A stretch of DNA of 36,365 nucleotides from an uncultured bacterium (GCA_964543655.1 CAZIZE010000076.1:1-36365), one strand, 5' to 3'. Positions 26,995 through 36,365 are shown, numbered from the stretch's first letter. The notes: generated by a model from the letters alone, not told the origin. Program-made: numbers and translations.

Positions 26995-28611
26995 ATGGCT
27001 CAAATAATAGGTAACACAAAGTTTCTCAACCCTTTTCAGAAAAAGAAACTTACTAATCTTTTCAAAAGAAAAATTCCTCATAATCAGCTCTTTTCTTTAA
27101 CTCTGTTAAATACGATTAGTAAAATTTCCAGAGAAATATTCAAGCAAATTGGTGTTGTTATTGATAGAAAAGGTAATTTGCAATATATTATTATTGGAAA
27201 TGAACGAGAAATTTTATGGCCAACTTTTTATGAATTTCATTTAAATAGATTTAACCTTAGAGGTATTTCAGCTCTGCACACTCATCTTCATAGCAAAGGG
27301 CTTGACTATGATGATATAACTGACCTTGCATATTTGAGGCTCGATTTTATATGCTCCATTACTGTTTCAGATAATGGTTTGCCAGAAAACATTGAAATAT
27401 CAAGAATAGATATTGTTAATGGTAAAAATAGTAATAAAATTGTATATTCAGGCTCAGTAAAAAATTTAAATATAGACTTTTTTAATGAAATTTCTTTACT
27501 GGAAAATGAAATTTTAAAGTTTTCAGGAATAGTCAAATCTACAGATAATGATAATGTTCTACTTGTTAATGCTGGTAAAAAATCAAAATATCTCCTTGAA
27601 GAAGAGATGCAAGAGCTAATAAATCTTGCTAAAGCTGCTAATTATAATGTAGTTGACCATGTTATCCAACGTATTAATAAAATCAATCCATCTTTGATTT
27701 TAGGAAAAGGAAAATTTAAAGAATTAATAATAAAATCATTAGAAAAGAATGCAAGAAAAATTATTTTCTACCATGACCTTACACCTGCTCAGGCAAAGTT
27801 TATTGCAAGCTTTGCAGATATAGAGGTTATTGATAGAACCACTCTCATTCTCAATATCTTTGCAAGAAGAGCCTTTAGCAGAGAGGGTAAGTTAAAAGTA
27901 GAGCTTGCCAAATTAAAATATCTCCTTCCAAGAGTAGCAGATAAAGCTGAAGCATTATCAAGGATAAGAGGTGGAATAGGGCTAAAGGGACCTGGAGAGA
28001 CTATTGCAGAGGTTGAAAGAAGAAGAATTAAAAATAGAATTAAAACAATTGAAAAAGAATTGTCAAAAATTTCTACAAAAAGGGATATTTTAAGAAGGAG
28101 AAGGGCAAAACAAAATATTCCTGTAGCATCAATTATTGGCTACACCAATGCTGGAAAATCAACATTATTGAATAGTTTGACCAAAAGTGATATTTTTGTT
28201 GAAAATCTTTTTTTTGCAACTCTTGATACTTTTAGCAGGCGTTTTTTCCTTGAAAATAACAGAGAAATTATTATTACTGATACTGTTGGTTTTATTAAAA
28301 ATCTACCAAAAACTTTGCTTGATGCTTTTAAATCCACTCTTGAAGAGCTTGCTTATTCAAATCTTTTAATTCATTTAGTAGATATTTCAGATGAAAACTT
28401 TGCTGCAAACATTGATGTAGTTGAAAATATATTAAAAGATATTGGAGCTGAAAATGTTCCTCAGGTGTTAGTATTTAATAAAATAGATAAAGTTGAAAAA
28501 GATATTGTGGAAAATATCAATAATAGATACAATGCTATATCAATTTCAGCAAAAGATAGGAGCAGCTTGGCGCCTCTTGTTTCATACCTTAAACATTTTT
28601 TTAGAAAATAA
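26995..28611 (+). CDS. hflX: GTPase HflX, long form with N-terminal extension
   Basis: DRTTLILNIFARRA, GPGET, G1 GYTNAGKST, FATLD, DTVGFI, NKID; about 185 extra N-terminal residues. Confidence 0.95.
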   Translation: MAQIIGNTKFLNPFQKKKLTNLFKRKIPHNQLFSLTLLNTISKISREIFKQIGVVIDRKGNLQYIIIGNEREILWPTFYEFHLNRFNLRGISALHTHLHSKGLDYDDITDLAYLRLDFICSITVSDNGLPENIEISRIDIVNGKNSNKIVYSGSVKNLNIDFFNEISLLENEILKFSGIVKSTDNDNVLLVNAGKKSKYLLEEEMQELINLAKAANYNVVDHVIQRINKINPSLILGKGKFKELIIKSLEKNARKIIFYHDLTPAQAKFIASFADIEVIDRTTLILNIFARRAFSREGKLKVELAKLKYLLPRVADKAEALSRIRGGIGLKGPGETIAEVERRRIKNRIKTIEKELSKISTKRDILRRRRAKQNIPVASIIGYTNAGKSTLLNSLTKSDIFVENLFFATLDTFSRRFFLENNREIIITDTVGFIKNLPKTLLDAFKSTLEELAYSNLLIHLVDISDENFAANIDVVENILKDIGAENVPQVLVFNKIDKVEKDIVENINNRYNAISISAKDRSSLAPLVSYLKHFFRK

Positions 28612-28613
28612 TT

Positions 28614-29378
28614 TTAAAATTTTTTGCTCTTTTCATAAGTTTTTAAATATTTCATAAAAACAGAGATAGCACCCATTGTAGCATGGATAAAACCTACCTT
28701 CCCCATGAGAAAACCTTTTTTTAAGAAGTAATCTCTGAAAAATTTAAATCCAGGCTTATAAATTAACATTGGAAAATAAACTTTTTTTCCTTTTTTTATA
28801 TTTTCTTCAGCAGCAATTGTTGAGTAGGAGTTAATTGTATTAAAATGATGCGTAACATCTTTGTATGGATAATGAATAATATCAAGATTTAAATCAAAAA
28901 CATCACAGTTACCTATTGGAACAACTTTATCATGTGGGTCAGTACCACTCCATCTGGCAAATTTTTTATGAAAAAACCTTATTCTTTTTTCTGGATACCA
29001 GCCACCATATTTTATCCATCTATTTAAATAATAGTTCCTTCGATTAACATAGAATGCTTTAAATCTTTCCCATTTATCAAAATTCTTTTTTATCTCCAAA
29101 ATCTTGCTTTCAAGCTCTTTGCTAACTCTCTCATCTGCATCAATTGAAAAAATCCAATCGTTTTCAGCACTATCCACAGCAAACTGCTTCTGTTTTACAT
29201 GACCTGGCCAATCTCTCACAATTACTTTTGCTCCTAATTCTTTTGCAATATTGGCTGTTTTATCACTACTCTTAGAGTCAACTACAAGAATTTCATCACT
29301 AAAATTTTTAACACTTTCAATGCACTCTTTAATATTGCTTTCTTCATTAAATGTTATAATTGCTGTTGTAATTTTCAT
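28614..29378 (-). CDS. Glycosyltransferase family 2 (WaaE/KdtX-like)
   Basis: IITFNEE, VVDSKSSDKT, WIFSIDADE (DxD), GWYP, GFLMG. Confidence 0.92.
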   Translation of the reverse strand: MKITTAIITFNEESNIKECIESVKNFSDEILVVDSKSSDKTANIAKELGAKVIVRDWPGHVKQKQFAVDSAENDWIFSIDADERVSKELESKILEIKKNFDKWERFKAFYVNRRNYYLNRWIKYGGWYPEKRIRFFHKKFARWSGTDPHDKVVPIGNCDVFDLNLDIIHYPYKDVTHHFNTINSYSTIAAEENIKKGKKVYFPMLIYKPGFKFFRDYFLKKGFLMGKVGFIHATMGAISVFMKYLKTYEKSKKF

Positions 29379-29387
29379 TAAAGTTGC

Positions 29388-30767
29388 CTATAGTTTAATA
29401 TTGTATTTTTTAATTCTATCCCTTAAAGTCTCTCTTGGTAAAGATAATAATTTTGCAGCTTTCGATATATTCCCATCTGCAATTTCTAATGCCTTCTTTA
29501 TTAAAGCAATGTTTAATTTTGCTTCTATATCTTTAATAGATATACCAGATTCAGGTATATCAAATTTTGATATATCAAAAAAGTTCATTATATCAAATCT
29601 GTTTAATTCCTCTGGTAAATTATCTATATTTATTTCATTACCTGCACATGAAATAACCAGTCTTTCCATAATATTTTTTAATTCTCTGACATTTCCACGC
29701 CAGCTATATGAGAGAAACTTATCTATCACTAAATTATTTATTTTTTCAATATTCTTTTTATATTTATGTGCAAAAAATTTTAAATAATAGTAAGATAGTG
29801 GAACAATATCTTCTCTCCTCTCCCTTAAAGGAGGTATATGAATAGGAAAAACATTTAATCTGTAAAAAAGATCCTCTCTAAACTTCCCCTCTGAAATTAA
29901 TTGATTGAGATTTTTATTGGTTGCAGATATTATCCTAACATTAACTTCTATTTCATTATTTCCACCAATTCTTCTGAATGTTTTATTTTCAAGAAATCTT
30001 AAAAGCTTACTCTGCATGCTAATATCCATATCACCTATTTCATCAAGAAACAGGGTTCCATTGTTTGCTGATTCAATTACTCCAGTTTTTCTATTAAAAG
30101 CGTTTGTAAAAGCACCTTTTTCATATCCAAAAAGCTCAGATTCAAGTAAATTATCTGGTAAAGCAGCACAATTTATAGCAACAAAGGGGTTATCTTTTCG
30201 CGGGCTAAAATAATGGATTGCTCTTGCTACAAGCTCTTTTCCTGTACCGCTTTCACCTGTAATTAGAACAGTAGCCTCATCATGATTGGCAATTTCTTTT
30301 ATCTGTTTTTTTATTCTAATAATATAAGGGCTTTTACCAATAAAATTTATTTCATCAAATTCAGAAAGGCTTTTCTGCTGTAATATTTTTACTTCTTTTT
30401 TTAAGCTCTGTGTTTCTATTGCAAGTTTTACAATTAATTTAATAGTATTCTTTTTTAAAGGTTTTTCAATATAATCATATGCTCCAAGCTTAATTGCCTG
30501 TACAGCATCTTCAATAGATGCATAGCCTGTAACAATTATCACTAAAACATCTGGATTTATCTTTTTTAATTCTTTTAAAACATCCAATCCATTAATATCA
30601 GGAAGATTTATATCAAGGAGTACAAGGTCATACTGGTTTTTTAAAAATTTTTCAATTGCCAAACTTCCAGTTTCACTTGTATCAACATTGTAGCCTTCCT
30701 CTTTTAAAATTTTCTTTACTGTTATTCTGATTAATTCTTCATCATCAACTATTAAAATTTTTGTCAC
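29388..30767 (-). CDS. Sigma54-dependent response regulator (NtrC/AtoC family)
   Basis: Receiver (VDDE, LLDINLP, YIEKP); AAA+ GESGTGKE, ESELFG, GAFTNA, LFLDEIG, FREDLFYRL, WRGNVREL; C-terminal Fis-type HTH; GTG start after GAGG. Confidence 0.95.
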   Translation of the reverse strand: MTKILIVDDEELIRITVKKILKEEGYNVDTSETGSLAIEKFLKNQYDLVLLDINLPDINGLDVLKELKKINPDVLVIIVTGYASIEDAVQAIKLGAYDYIEKPLKKNTIKLIVKLAIETQSLKKEVKILQQKSLSEFDEINFIGKSPYIIRIKKQIKEIANHDEATVLITGESGTGKELVARAIHYFSPRKDNPFVAINCAALPDNLLESELFGYEKGAFTNAFNRKTGVIESANNGTLFLDEIGDMDISMQSKLLRFLENKTFRRIGGNNEIEVNVRIISATNKNLNQLISEGKFREDLFYRLNVFPIHIPPLRERREDIVPLSYYYLKFFAHKYKKNIEKINNLVIDKFLSYSWRGNVRELKNIMERLVISCAGNEINIDNLPEELNRFDIMNFFDISKFDIPESGISIKDIEAKLNIALIKKALEIADGNISKAAKLLSLPRETLRDRIKKYNIKL

Positions 30768-30868
30768 TTAAACCTCCTCTAAAGTTTTAGAGTAGATGGT
30801 TCAACAGTTAATATTAAAAATTAAACTATATAGCATCAAAATTCAAATATTGAAATCTGAAATCCTCA

Positions 30869-30975
30869 CTTATACAAGTTCACGGTTCAAAGCTTATAAT
30901 TCAATGTTGAAAGATACCTTGATAACAACAACTTCAGGATATTGTAAATGTCATTTTAAGTAGAAAATTGTATTA
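30869..30975 (-). repeat. Dispersed 107-bp non-coding repeat, copy 2
   Basis: Ungapped match to the reverse complement of 52-158 (89/107); heptamers CAAGTTC ACGGTTC AAAGCTT ATAATTC AATGTTG; near-palindrome TTCAATGTTGAA (30900-30911). Confidence 0.85.
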
Positions 30976-31043
30976 ATTAGTTTTACGAAATTTCAAATCT
31001 TTAAACTACCAACCAGCAGAACTCCAAACTGAAAATCTTAAAT

Positions 31044-33827
31044 CTATTTATTTAATTTGATAATAACTTTAGTTCCTTTTCCTTGTTCTGATTCTATTTC
31101 AATTGTTCCATTATGCTCTATTATAATATTTTGTGTAATGGAAAGTCCCAGACCTGTACCCTGTTTTTTAGTTGTAAAAAATGGGTCAAAAATATATTTT
31201 AGATTGCTTTCACTAATTCCAGAACCATTATCTATAAATTCAATAATTACGTAGTTATCGCTTTCAAATGTATTGATAACAATCTCTCCTCTATTTTCAA
31301 TTGCATCAAGTGAATTAATTAAAATATTGATAAAGGCCTGTTTCATTTTCTCCTGTGCTAAAAGTATTGAACCTCTAAATTTAAAATTTGTTTTTATTGT
31401 AATTCCTTTCTGTTTTGCCTGCTTTTTTATAAAAAATAGAGAGCTTTCAATAACCTCAGATAGATTGGTTTCAGATTGTGTCTCTTTTACAGGAGATGCA
31501 TAATCAAGTAACTCTGATACAATATTTTCTAATCTTGTTATTTCATCAAGTGCTTTTTTAATCAATATTCTATCTTCCCTTTGAAGCTGGTCGTGCAAAT
31601 CTTCAAGGAGTAAATTTATCCCTGTTAATGGATTTCTAATTTCATGTGCAATACCTGCTGCAAGCCGTCCCATTGAAACAAATCTATCAAGTCTTTTGAG
31701 ATTTTCATCTGTAATCTTTTTCTCAGTAACATCTCTGAAAATCATTATAACGCCGTTATCTTTTTCAACTAAAGAAGAGCTGAATCCAAGATATCTATCG
31801 CCATATTTAACTTCATAAGCCATAAATTTTTCACCTTTAATTGTATCAAAGTATAGATTTATTAAAGTTGGATTATCTTTGAAAACTTCTCTAAACTTTT
31901 TACCAACAACATCTTTCTGAATTAAATTAAATAGATTACATGCCATATCATTAATATGGGTAATATATCCATCTTGATTAATATAAATAAGTCCATTGAT
32001 CATATTTTTAAAAATGTTTTCTATAAAATTTCTCTCTTTAATAATTTCTGAGTAAAGTTTTAGATTTTCAAGGAATTTTGATATACTCAGGGAAAAAATT
32101 TCAAAATTTTTTATTTCATCTTTAGAAAAATCTTCACCAACTCTATGAATTATATAAACACCCTTTACATCTTCATCAATAATTATTGGATTTGACAGTT
32201 TAAATGAATTTTCATTTGGTTCTATAAAACCTATTTTAAATTCCATATTCTCAAATATTGTAATAATTGCAAAATTGTATTTAAAAATTTTTTTCCCAAT
32301 AAAAAGAAAGGAGTTTAAAATTTCATTTAGTTTAGAGTGGTAATTAAACCTTGTAAAAAATTCTCTCAATCCATCAAGTAAATTAACTTTAAATTCAAGT
32401 TCATATTTTGATTTCTCAAGCTGCTTTATGGTAGATGACAATTTTTCATTATTTTCTTTAATCAAATCAACCATTTTATTAAACTCTCTTCCCAAAACAC
32501 CTATTTCATCTTTTTGAGAAAACTTCACTTTAATATTTTCAAGATTACCCTTACCAAGCTCAACAAATCTTCTTGATAACATAATTATAGGTGAAGTGAG
32601 TTGAAGTGTAAAATAGAATGAGCCTAAAATAATGAATAAAATAATAATAAAAGTAACAATAACAATATTGTTTTTAATTGAATAAAATTCTTTATAAATA
32701 ACCTGCTGAGTTTCTATAGCTTCTTTATGAAAATCATCAACTTTTGCACCTATAGTAACACCACCAAAAATTCCATATTTTTTGTAATCTCCAACATTAA
32801 AAAAGATTGGAGCAAAAGCCATAACCTTATTAATACCACCTATATTTGTGGTATTAACAAAACCAGTTTCCCTTTTTCTTAATTTTATCAAAACAATAGG
32901 ATAATTTTTATGTATAAACCCTGCTGTTTTTAAATTAAAGGGGATAATCCCTTTTTTGATTAAATTAACTGGAGTATTCTTTGAATAAGGTGGAATCAGA
33001 GTACCATTTTTAGAATAACCTTTTATATCCCAAAGCTTTGGATGAGCTATTGTCCACCCTTCATCATCAACCAAAAAAGCGTAATTACCAGATGAATAAA
33101 CTGGATAATCTATAAATTTATTGGAATTTGGCAATACATGCATAACAAATTCCATTATGTGAATTGCATTAAGACATAACAAAATAATATTATTACCTGT
33201 TTTTTTTGCAAAAATGTAAAATCCATTATATTTTTTGCCACCAATTGCCTTTTCTGGTGATTCTGCACCTGCCAATTGCTCAGGTTTTGAAACATAATAT
33301 CCAAGAAGATGAGATATAAATATCTGGCCATTGTTTAATTTTATTAATTTTTTTTGAATAACTTTTTTTATTAAAATATCTTTTAATTCAGGCTTAACAA
33401 TGCAATTATTTTCTATTTTAATAATCGGTGTTCCTGTATTTGAAAGGTAAAAAATCTTTTTATAGATTGGCAAATATTTTTTTTCTAAAAAATAGTTACC
33501 AGAAAAAGTGGGTTCCCTAACATACACCTCTTTCTCATGATTCATTGAAAATTTTAGATATTTTTCTGGTAGGGGTGTTACAAGAGTTAGATCATTTAAA
33601 TCATTTACACAGCTATAAAGAAATTGTGAAATTTTATCTGCTATATTTGTTGCTTGAGTAATCAGTGATTCTATTGCTTTTTTATCAAGCTCTAATTTAC
33701 TTCTATTAATAGCGTAACTGCTAATTTTCTTTAAATTGTAATAGTAGTAAAAATTGATAAATATAAAAGGGATTAAACTGAAAACAATTATTAAGAAAAG
33801 AATTTTTCTAAATAGGCTCTGTTTCAT
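31044..33827 (-). CDS. Membrane sensor histidine kinase (large periplasmic Cache-like domain, HAMP, short GAF-like region, PAS, HisKA, HATPase)
   Basis: Two TM segments; YAFLVDDEG...AHP Cache-like motif; HAMP DEIGVL...FNKM; H-box AHEIRNPL; NILINSLDA, DNGSGI, FDPFFTTK, GTGLGL. ATG 33827 preferred over TTG 33836. Confidence 0.93.
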   Translation of the reverse strand: MKQSLFRKILFLIIVFSLIPFIFINFYYYYNLKKISSYAINRSKLELDKKAIESLITQATNIADKISQFLYSCVNDLNDLTLVTPLPEKYLKFSMNHEKEVYVREPTFSGNYFLEKKYLPIYKKIFYLSNTGTPIIKIENNCIVKPELKDILIKKVIQKKLIKLNNGQIFISHLLGYYVSKPEQLAGAESPEKAIGGKKYNGFYIFAKKTGNNIILLCLNAIHIMEFVMHVLPNSNKFIDYPVYSSGNYAFLVDDEGWTIAHPKLWDIKGYSKNGTLIPPYSKNTPVNLIKKGIIPFNLKTAGFIHKNYPIVLIKLRKRETGFVNTTNIGGINKVMAFAPIFFNVGDYKKYGIFGGVTIGAKVDDFHKEAIETQQVIYKEFYSIKNNIVIVTFIIILFIILGSFYFTLQLTSPIIMLSRRFVELGKGNLENIKVKFSQKDEIGVLGREFNKMVDLIKENNEKLSSTIKQLEKSKYELEFKVNLLDGLREFFTRFNYHSKLNEILNSFLFIGKKIFKYNFAIITIFENMEFKIGFIEPNENSFKLSNPIIIDEDVKGVYIIHRVGEDFSKDEIKNFEIFSLSISKFLENLKLYSEIIKERNFIENIFKNMINGLIYINQDGYITHINDMACNLFNLIQKDVVGKKFREVFKDNPTLINLYFDTIKGEKFMAYEVKYGDRYLGFSSSLVEKDNGVIMIFRDVTEKKITDENLKRLDRFVSMGRLAAGIAHEIRNPLTGINLLLEDLHDQLQREDRILIKKALDEITRLENIVSELLDYASPVKETQSETNLSEVIESSLFFIKKQAKQKGITIKTNFKFRGSILLAQEKMKQAFINILINSLDAIENRGEIVINTFESDNYVIIEFIDNGSGISESNLKYIFDPFFTTKKQGTGLGLSITQNIIIEHNGTIEIESEQGKGTKVIIKLNK

Positions 33828-33835
33828 AAATAACA

Positions 33836-33862
33836 ATTATAGATGATTGAGTTTTTTGTCAA
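33836..33862 (-). promoter_or_regulatory. Candidate sigma70 promoter for the sensor kinase
   Basis: Minus strand TTGACA (33862-33857), 15 nt, TATAAT (33841-33836); both hexamers perfect but the spacer is short. Confidence 0.45.
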
Positions 33863-33931
33863 TAGTTTAATTCTTGACTTTAGCAACTTTTTCAATTAGA
33901 AATTATTTAATATCAAATAAAGGGGGATTAT

Positions 33932-35059
33932 ATGGAAGATGGAGTAAAAAAGGACATTAAATTTATAGACTTACTAAAAAAACTTGTAGAAATTGGTGGT
34001 TCAGACCTTCACCTTACAGTTGGAATACCACCATGTGTTAGAGTTGACGGAGAAATTGAGCCATTATCTGACTATCCACCTTTAACCGGTAAGGATACAA
34101 GGACTTTAATTTACAGTGTTATGACTGATGCACAAAAGCATAAATTTGAAGAGAATATGGAGATGGATTTTTCATTTGGAATAAAAGGATTAAGCCGTTT
34201 TAGAGCAAATGTTTTTATGCAAAAAGGTGCAGTTGCAGGGGTTTTCAGGGTAGTTCCATATAAAATTTTGACATTCGAGCAGCTTGGGCTACCACCTGTT
34301 GTTAAAGACCTTACCAAAAGGCCAAATGGTTTGATTCTTGTTACTGGACCAACTGGTTCTGGTAAATCTACAACACTTGCTACAATGATTGACACAATTA
34401 ACAGTGAAAGGAAAGAGCATATTATTACAATTGAAGATCCTATAGAGTTTATTCACAATCATAAGCAATGTGTAGTTAACCAGAGAGAAGTTTTTGCAGA
34501 TACACAGAGTTTTGCCAATGCCCTTAAATACTCTCTCAGGCAAGACCCTGACGTTGTTCTGGTTGGTGAATTAAGAGATTTAGAGACAATAGAAACAGCG
34601 CTCAGAGTTGCAGAAACTGGACACCTTGTATTTGCAACTTTACACACCAATTCTGCTGTGCAAACTATTAACAGAATAATAGATGTTTTTCCCCCTCACC
34701 AACAGCAACAAGTTAGAACTCAGCTCTCATTTGTTCTTGAAGGGGTTTTATGTCAGACATTGATTCCTAAAGCATCTGGCAAAGGAAGGGTTATGGCTCT
34801 TGAAATTTTAATCCCAACACCTGCTATCAGGAATTTAATTAGAGAAGATAAATTACATCAGATTTATTCACAAATGCAGATTGGCCAGTCTACATTTGGA
34901 ATGCAAACATTAAATCAATCTCTATTTGGACTGTATAAATCTGGTAAAATAACACTTGAGTCAGCATTTTACAAATCAACCAATCCAGATGAACTTAGAC
35001 AGATGTTTATAAAAGCTGGAATAAGTGTTCCTCAAAAAATCTATGAAGCAGCACATTAA
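33932..35059 (+). CDS. pilT: Type IV pilus retraction ATPase PilT
   Basis: SDLHL, GPTGSGKSTT, TIEDPIE, LRQDPDVVLVGELRD, AETGHLVFATLHT and the PilT-specific AIRNLIRE motif. Confidence 0.97.
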   Translation: MEDGVKKDIKFIDLLKKLVEIGGSDLHLTVGIPPCVRVDGEIEPLSDYPPLTGKDTRTLIYSVMTDAQKHKFEENMEMDFSFGIKGLSRFRANVFMQKGAVAGVFRVVPYKILTFEQLGLPPVVKDLTKRPNGLILVTGPTGSGKSTTLATMIDTINSERKEHIITIEDPIEFIHNHKQCVVNQREVFADTQSFANALKYSLRQDPDVVLVGELRDLETIETALRVAETGHLVFATLHTNSAVQTINRIIDVFPPHQQQQVRTQLSFVLEGVLCQTLIPKASGKGRVMALEILIPTPAIRNLIREDKLHQIYSQMQIGQSTFGMQTLNQSLFGLYKSGKITLESAFYKSTNPDELRQMFIKAGISVPQKIYEAAH

Positions 35060-35071
35060 GGAGTGTATATA

Positions 35072-36365
35072 ATGAGTAAAAAAGTTGTAATTATTGGTGG
35101 TGATGCTGCTGGAATGAGTGCAGCAAGTCAGATTAAAAGGCAAAAAAAGGATTGGCATGTAAAAGTTTTTGAAAAAGGTAAGTATGTTTCTTATGCAGCT
35201 TGTGGGATGCCATACTATATTCAAGGTGCAGTTTCTCATTTTGAGTCACTTATAGAGATTAAACCTGAGACTTTTATTAATGACAGAGGGATTGATCTAA
35301 AACTAAATTCAGAAGTTATAAAAATTTTGCCAGATGAAAATATTGTGCAGGTAAATATAGATGGAAAGATATTTGAAGAAGATTATGATTACTTAGTTAT
35401 AGCAACAGGAGCTTCCCCTAATATGGGCGACTTCCCCATTAATTCTAATAAGGTTTTCACTATTAATAATCTATATGACACTAAAAAAATAGAGAAGTTC
35501 ATAAAAAATAACTCTCCTAATTCAGTTGCTGTTATTGGAGGTGGGTTTATTGCTATTGAAATGGTGGAGGCATTTCATTCCAAAGGGCTTGAGACTCATC
35601 TAATTCATAGGCGTGATTCATTAAGCAAAATTTTTGAAAAAGAAGTGTCAGATGCAATTTTATCTGAAATGAAAAGTAAAGATATTACCTTGCATTTAAA
35701 TGAAAAAATTAAAATGATAAAGGATAACAATGGAAAAGTTCAGGTTATCACTGAGCAAAATATATTATCATTTGACTTTGTTTTGCTTGCAATTGGTGTT
35801 GTTCCTAATACCCAGTTTCTATTAGATTCTGGAATTAATCTTGGTATTAAGAAATCAGTATCTGTAAATGAATATCTTTTGACTAATTATGAAAATATTT
35901 TTTCAGCAGGAGATTGCACAGAAACTTTTTCTATAATTACCGGTGAAAAGGTGTATACTCCCTTAGCGCTAAAAGCAAATAGAGAAGGAATGCTTGCAGG
36001 ATTGAATATTTCAGGGAAAAAAGAAAAATTTCCAGGTGTATGTGAAACAGCTATTACTAAAATTTTTGATATTGGAATTGCAAGGAGTGGTATAACACTT
36101 GATAGGGCATTGAAGAACAATTTTAATGCTGTAAAATTTGATTTAATCAGCAAAACAAAAGCACGATATTATCCAGGTGCAGAGAAAATCAAATCATTTA
36201 TAATTTTAGACAAAGATTCAGGAACAGTTTTAGGTGCACAACTTGTAGGTCCTATATATGCAGTAAAAAGGATTGATGTTTGGGCTACTATCATTTCTAA
36301 CAAAATGACAATTAAAGAGGTTTTTAACCTTGATCTTGCCTACTCTCCACCATTTTCACCTGTAT
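35072..36365 (+). CDS. CoA-disulfide reductase / NADH oxidase family flavoprotein (3' end outside window)
   Basis: Absent from the ORF track because there is no stop in the window. AAGGAG RBS; IIGGDAAGMSAA, single-Cys motif SYAACGMPY, ATGA, IGGGFIAIE, SAGDC, in-frame DLAYSPPFSPV at the window end. Confidence 0.92.
   Translation, partial: MSKKVVIIGGDAAGMSAASQIKRQKKDWHVKVFEKGKYVSYAACGMPYYIQGAVSHFESLIEIKPETFINDRGIDLKLNSEVIKILPDENIVQVNIDGKIFEEDYDYLVIATGASPNMGDFPINSNKVFTINNLYDTKKIEKFIKNNSPNSVAVIGGGFIAIEMVEAFHSKGLETHLIHRRDSLSKIFEKEVSDAILSEMKSKDITLHLNEKIKMIKDNNGKVQVITEQNILSFDFVLLAIGVVPNTQFLLDSGINLGIKKSVSVNEYLLTNYENIFSAGDCTETFSIITGEKVYTPLALKANREGMLAGLNISGKKEKFPGVCETAITKIFDIGIARSGITLDRALKNNFNAVKFDLISKTKARYYPGAEKIKSFIILDKDSGTVLGAQLVGPIYAVKRIDVWATIISNKMTIKEVFNLDLAYSPPFSPV

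Noticed and set aside
29251-29787. 178-aa plus-strand ORF spanning the GT2 and regulator genes
   Set aside because: Antisense to two well-supported genes; no motifs.
52-30975. The two inverted 107-bp copies as ends of one 31-kb transposon or invertible segment
   Set aside because: The enclosed DNA is core housekeeping content (dnaX, gmk, rpoZ, ffs), there is no transposase or recombinase, and the copies are 17% diverged.
35887-36153. 88-aa minus-strand ORF, the only track call in the last kilobase
   Set aside because: Shadow of the plus-strand flavoprotein gene starting at 35072.

Overview
AT-rich (roughly 30% GC by eye), densely coding chromosomal segment of a diderm, flagellated, probably anaerobic bacterium (tungsten-type AOR, anaerobic-route CbiD, sigma54 system, PilT; a Deferribacterota/Desulfobacterota-like gene mix, taxonomy not determinable from here). 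In order: a sigma54-driven motility operon (flgH, FlgP/LPP20-like lipoprotein, LysM-M23 peptidase, nth, ogt, STAS protein, FapA, PomA/PomB-type stator, PaaI thioesterase); a convergent PAS-GGDEF gene; two CpoB/YbgF paralogues flanking an NRDE protein; DUF502, YhaM-like HD protein, aor-cbiD-cbiET; SRP RNA-dnaX-ybaB-yicC-gmk-rpoZ; a livKHMGF ABC transporter; rluB, HIT, long-form hflX; GT2; an NtrC-type regulator with a large sensor kinase; pilT; and a CoA-disulfide reductase-like gene cut by the window end. No tRNA, rRNA, CRISPR or transposase was seen. The most unusual items are (1) a Liv transporter whose LivG ATPase carries an in-frame ~120-aa, roughly 4-TM hydrophobic insertion between Walker A and the Q-loop, with an uncalled 55-aa acidic ORF between livH and livM, and (2) a 107-bp non-coding element present twice (52-158 and, inverted, 30869-30975; 89/107 identical by manual alignment), associated with heptamer repeats and abutting a probable second TA-flanked MITE.
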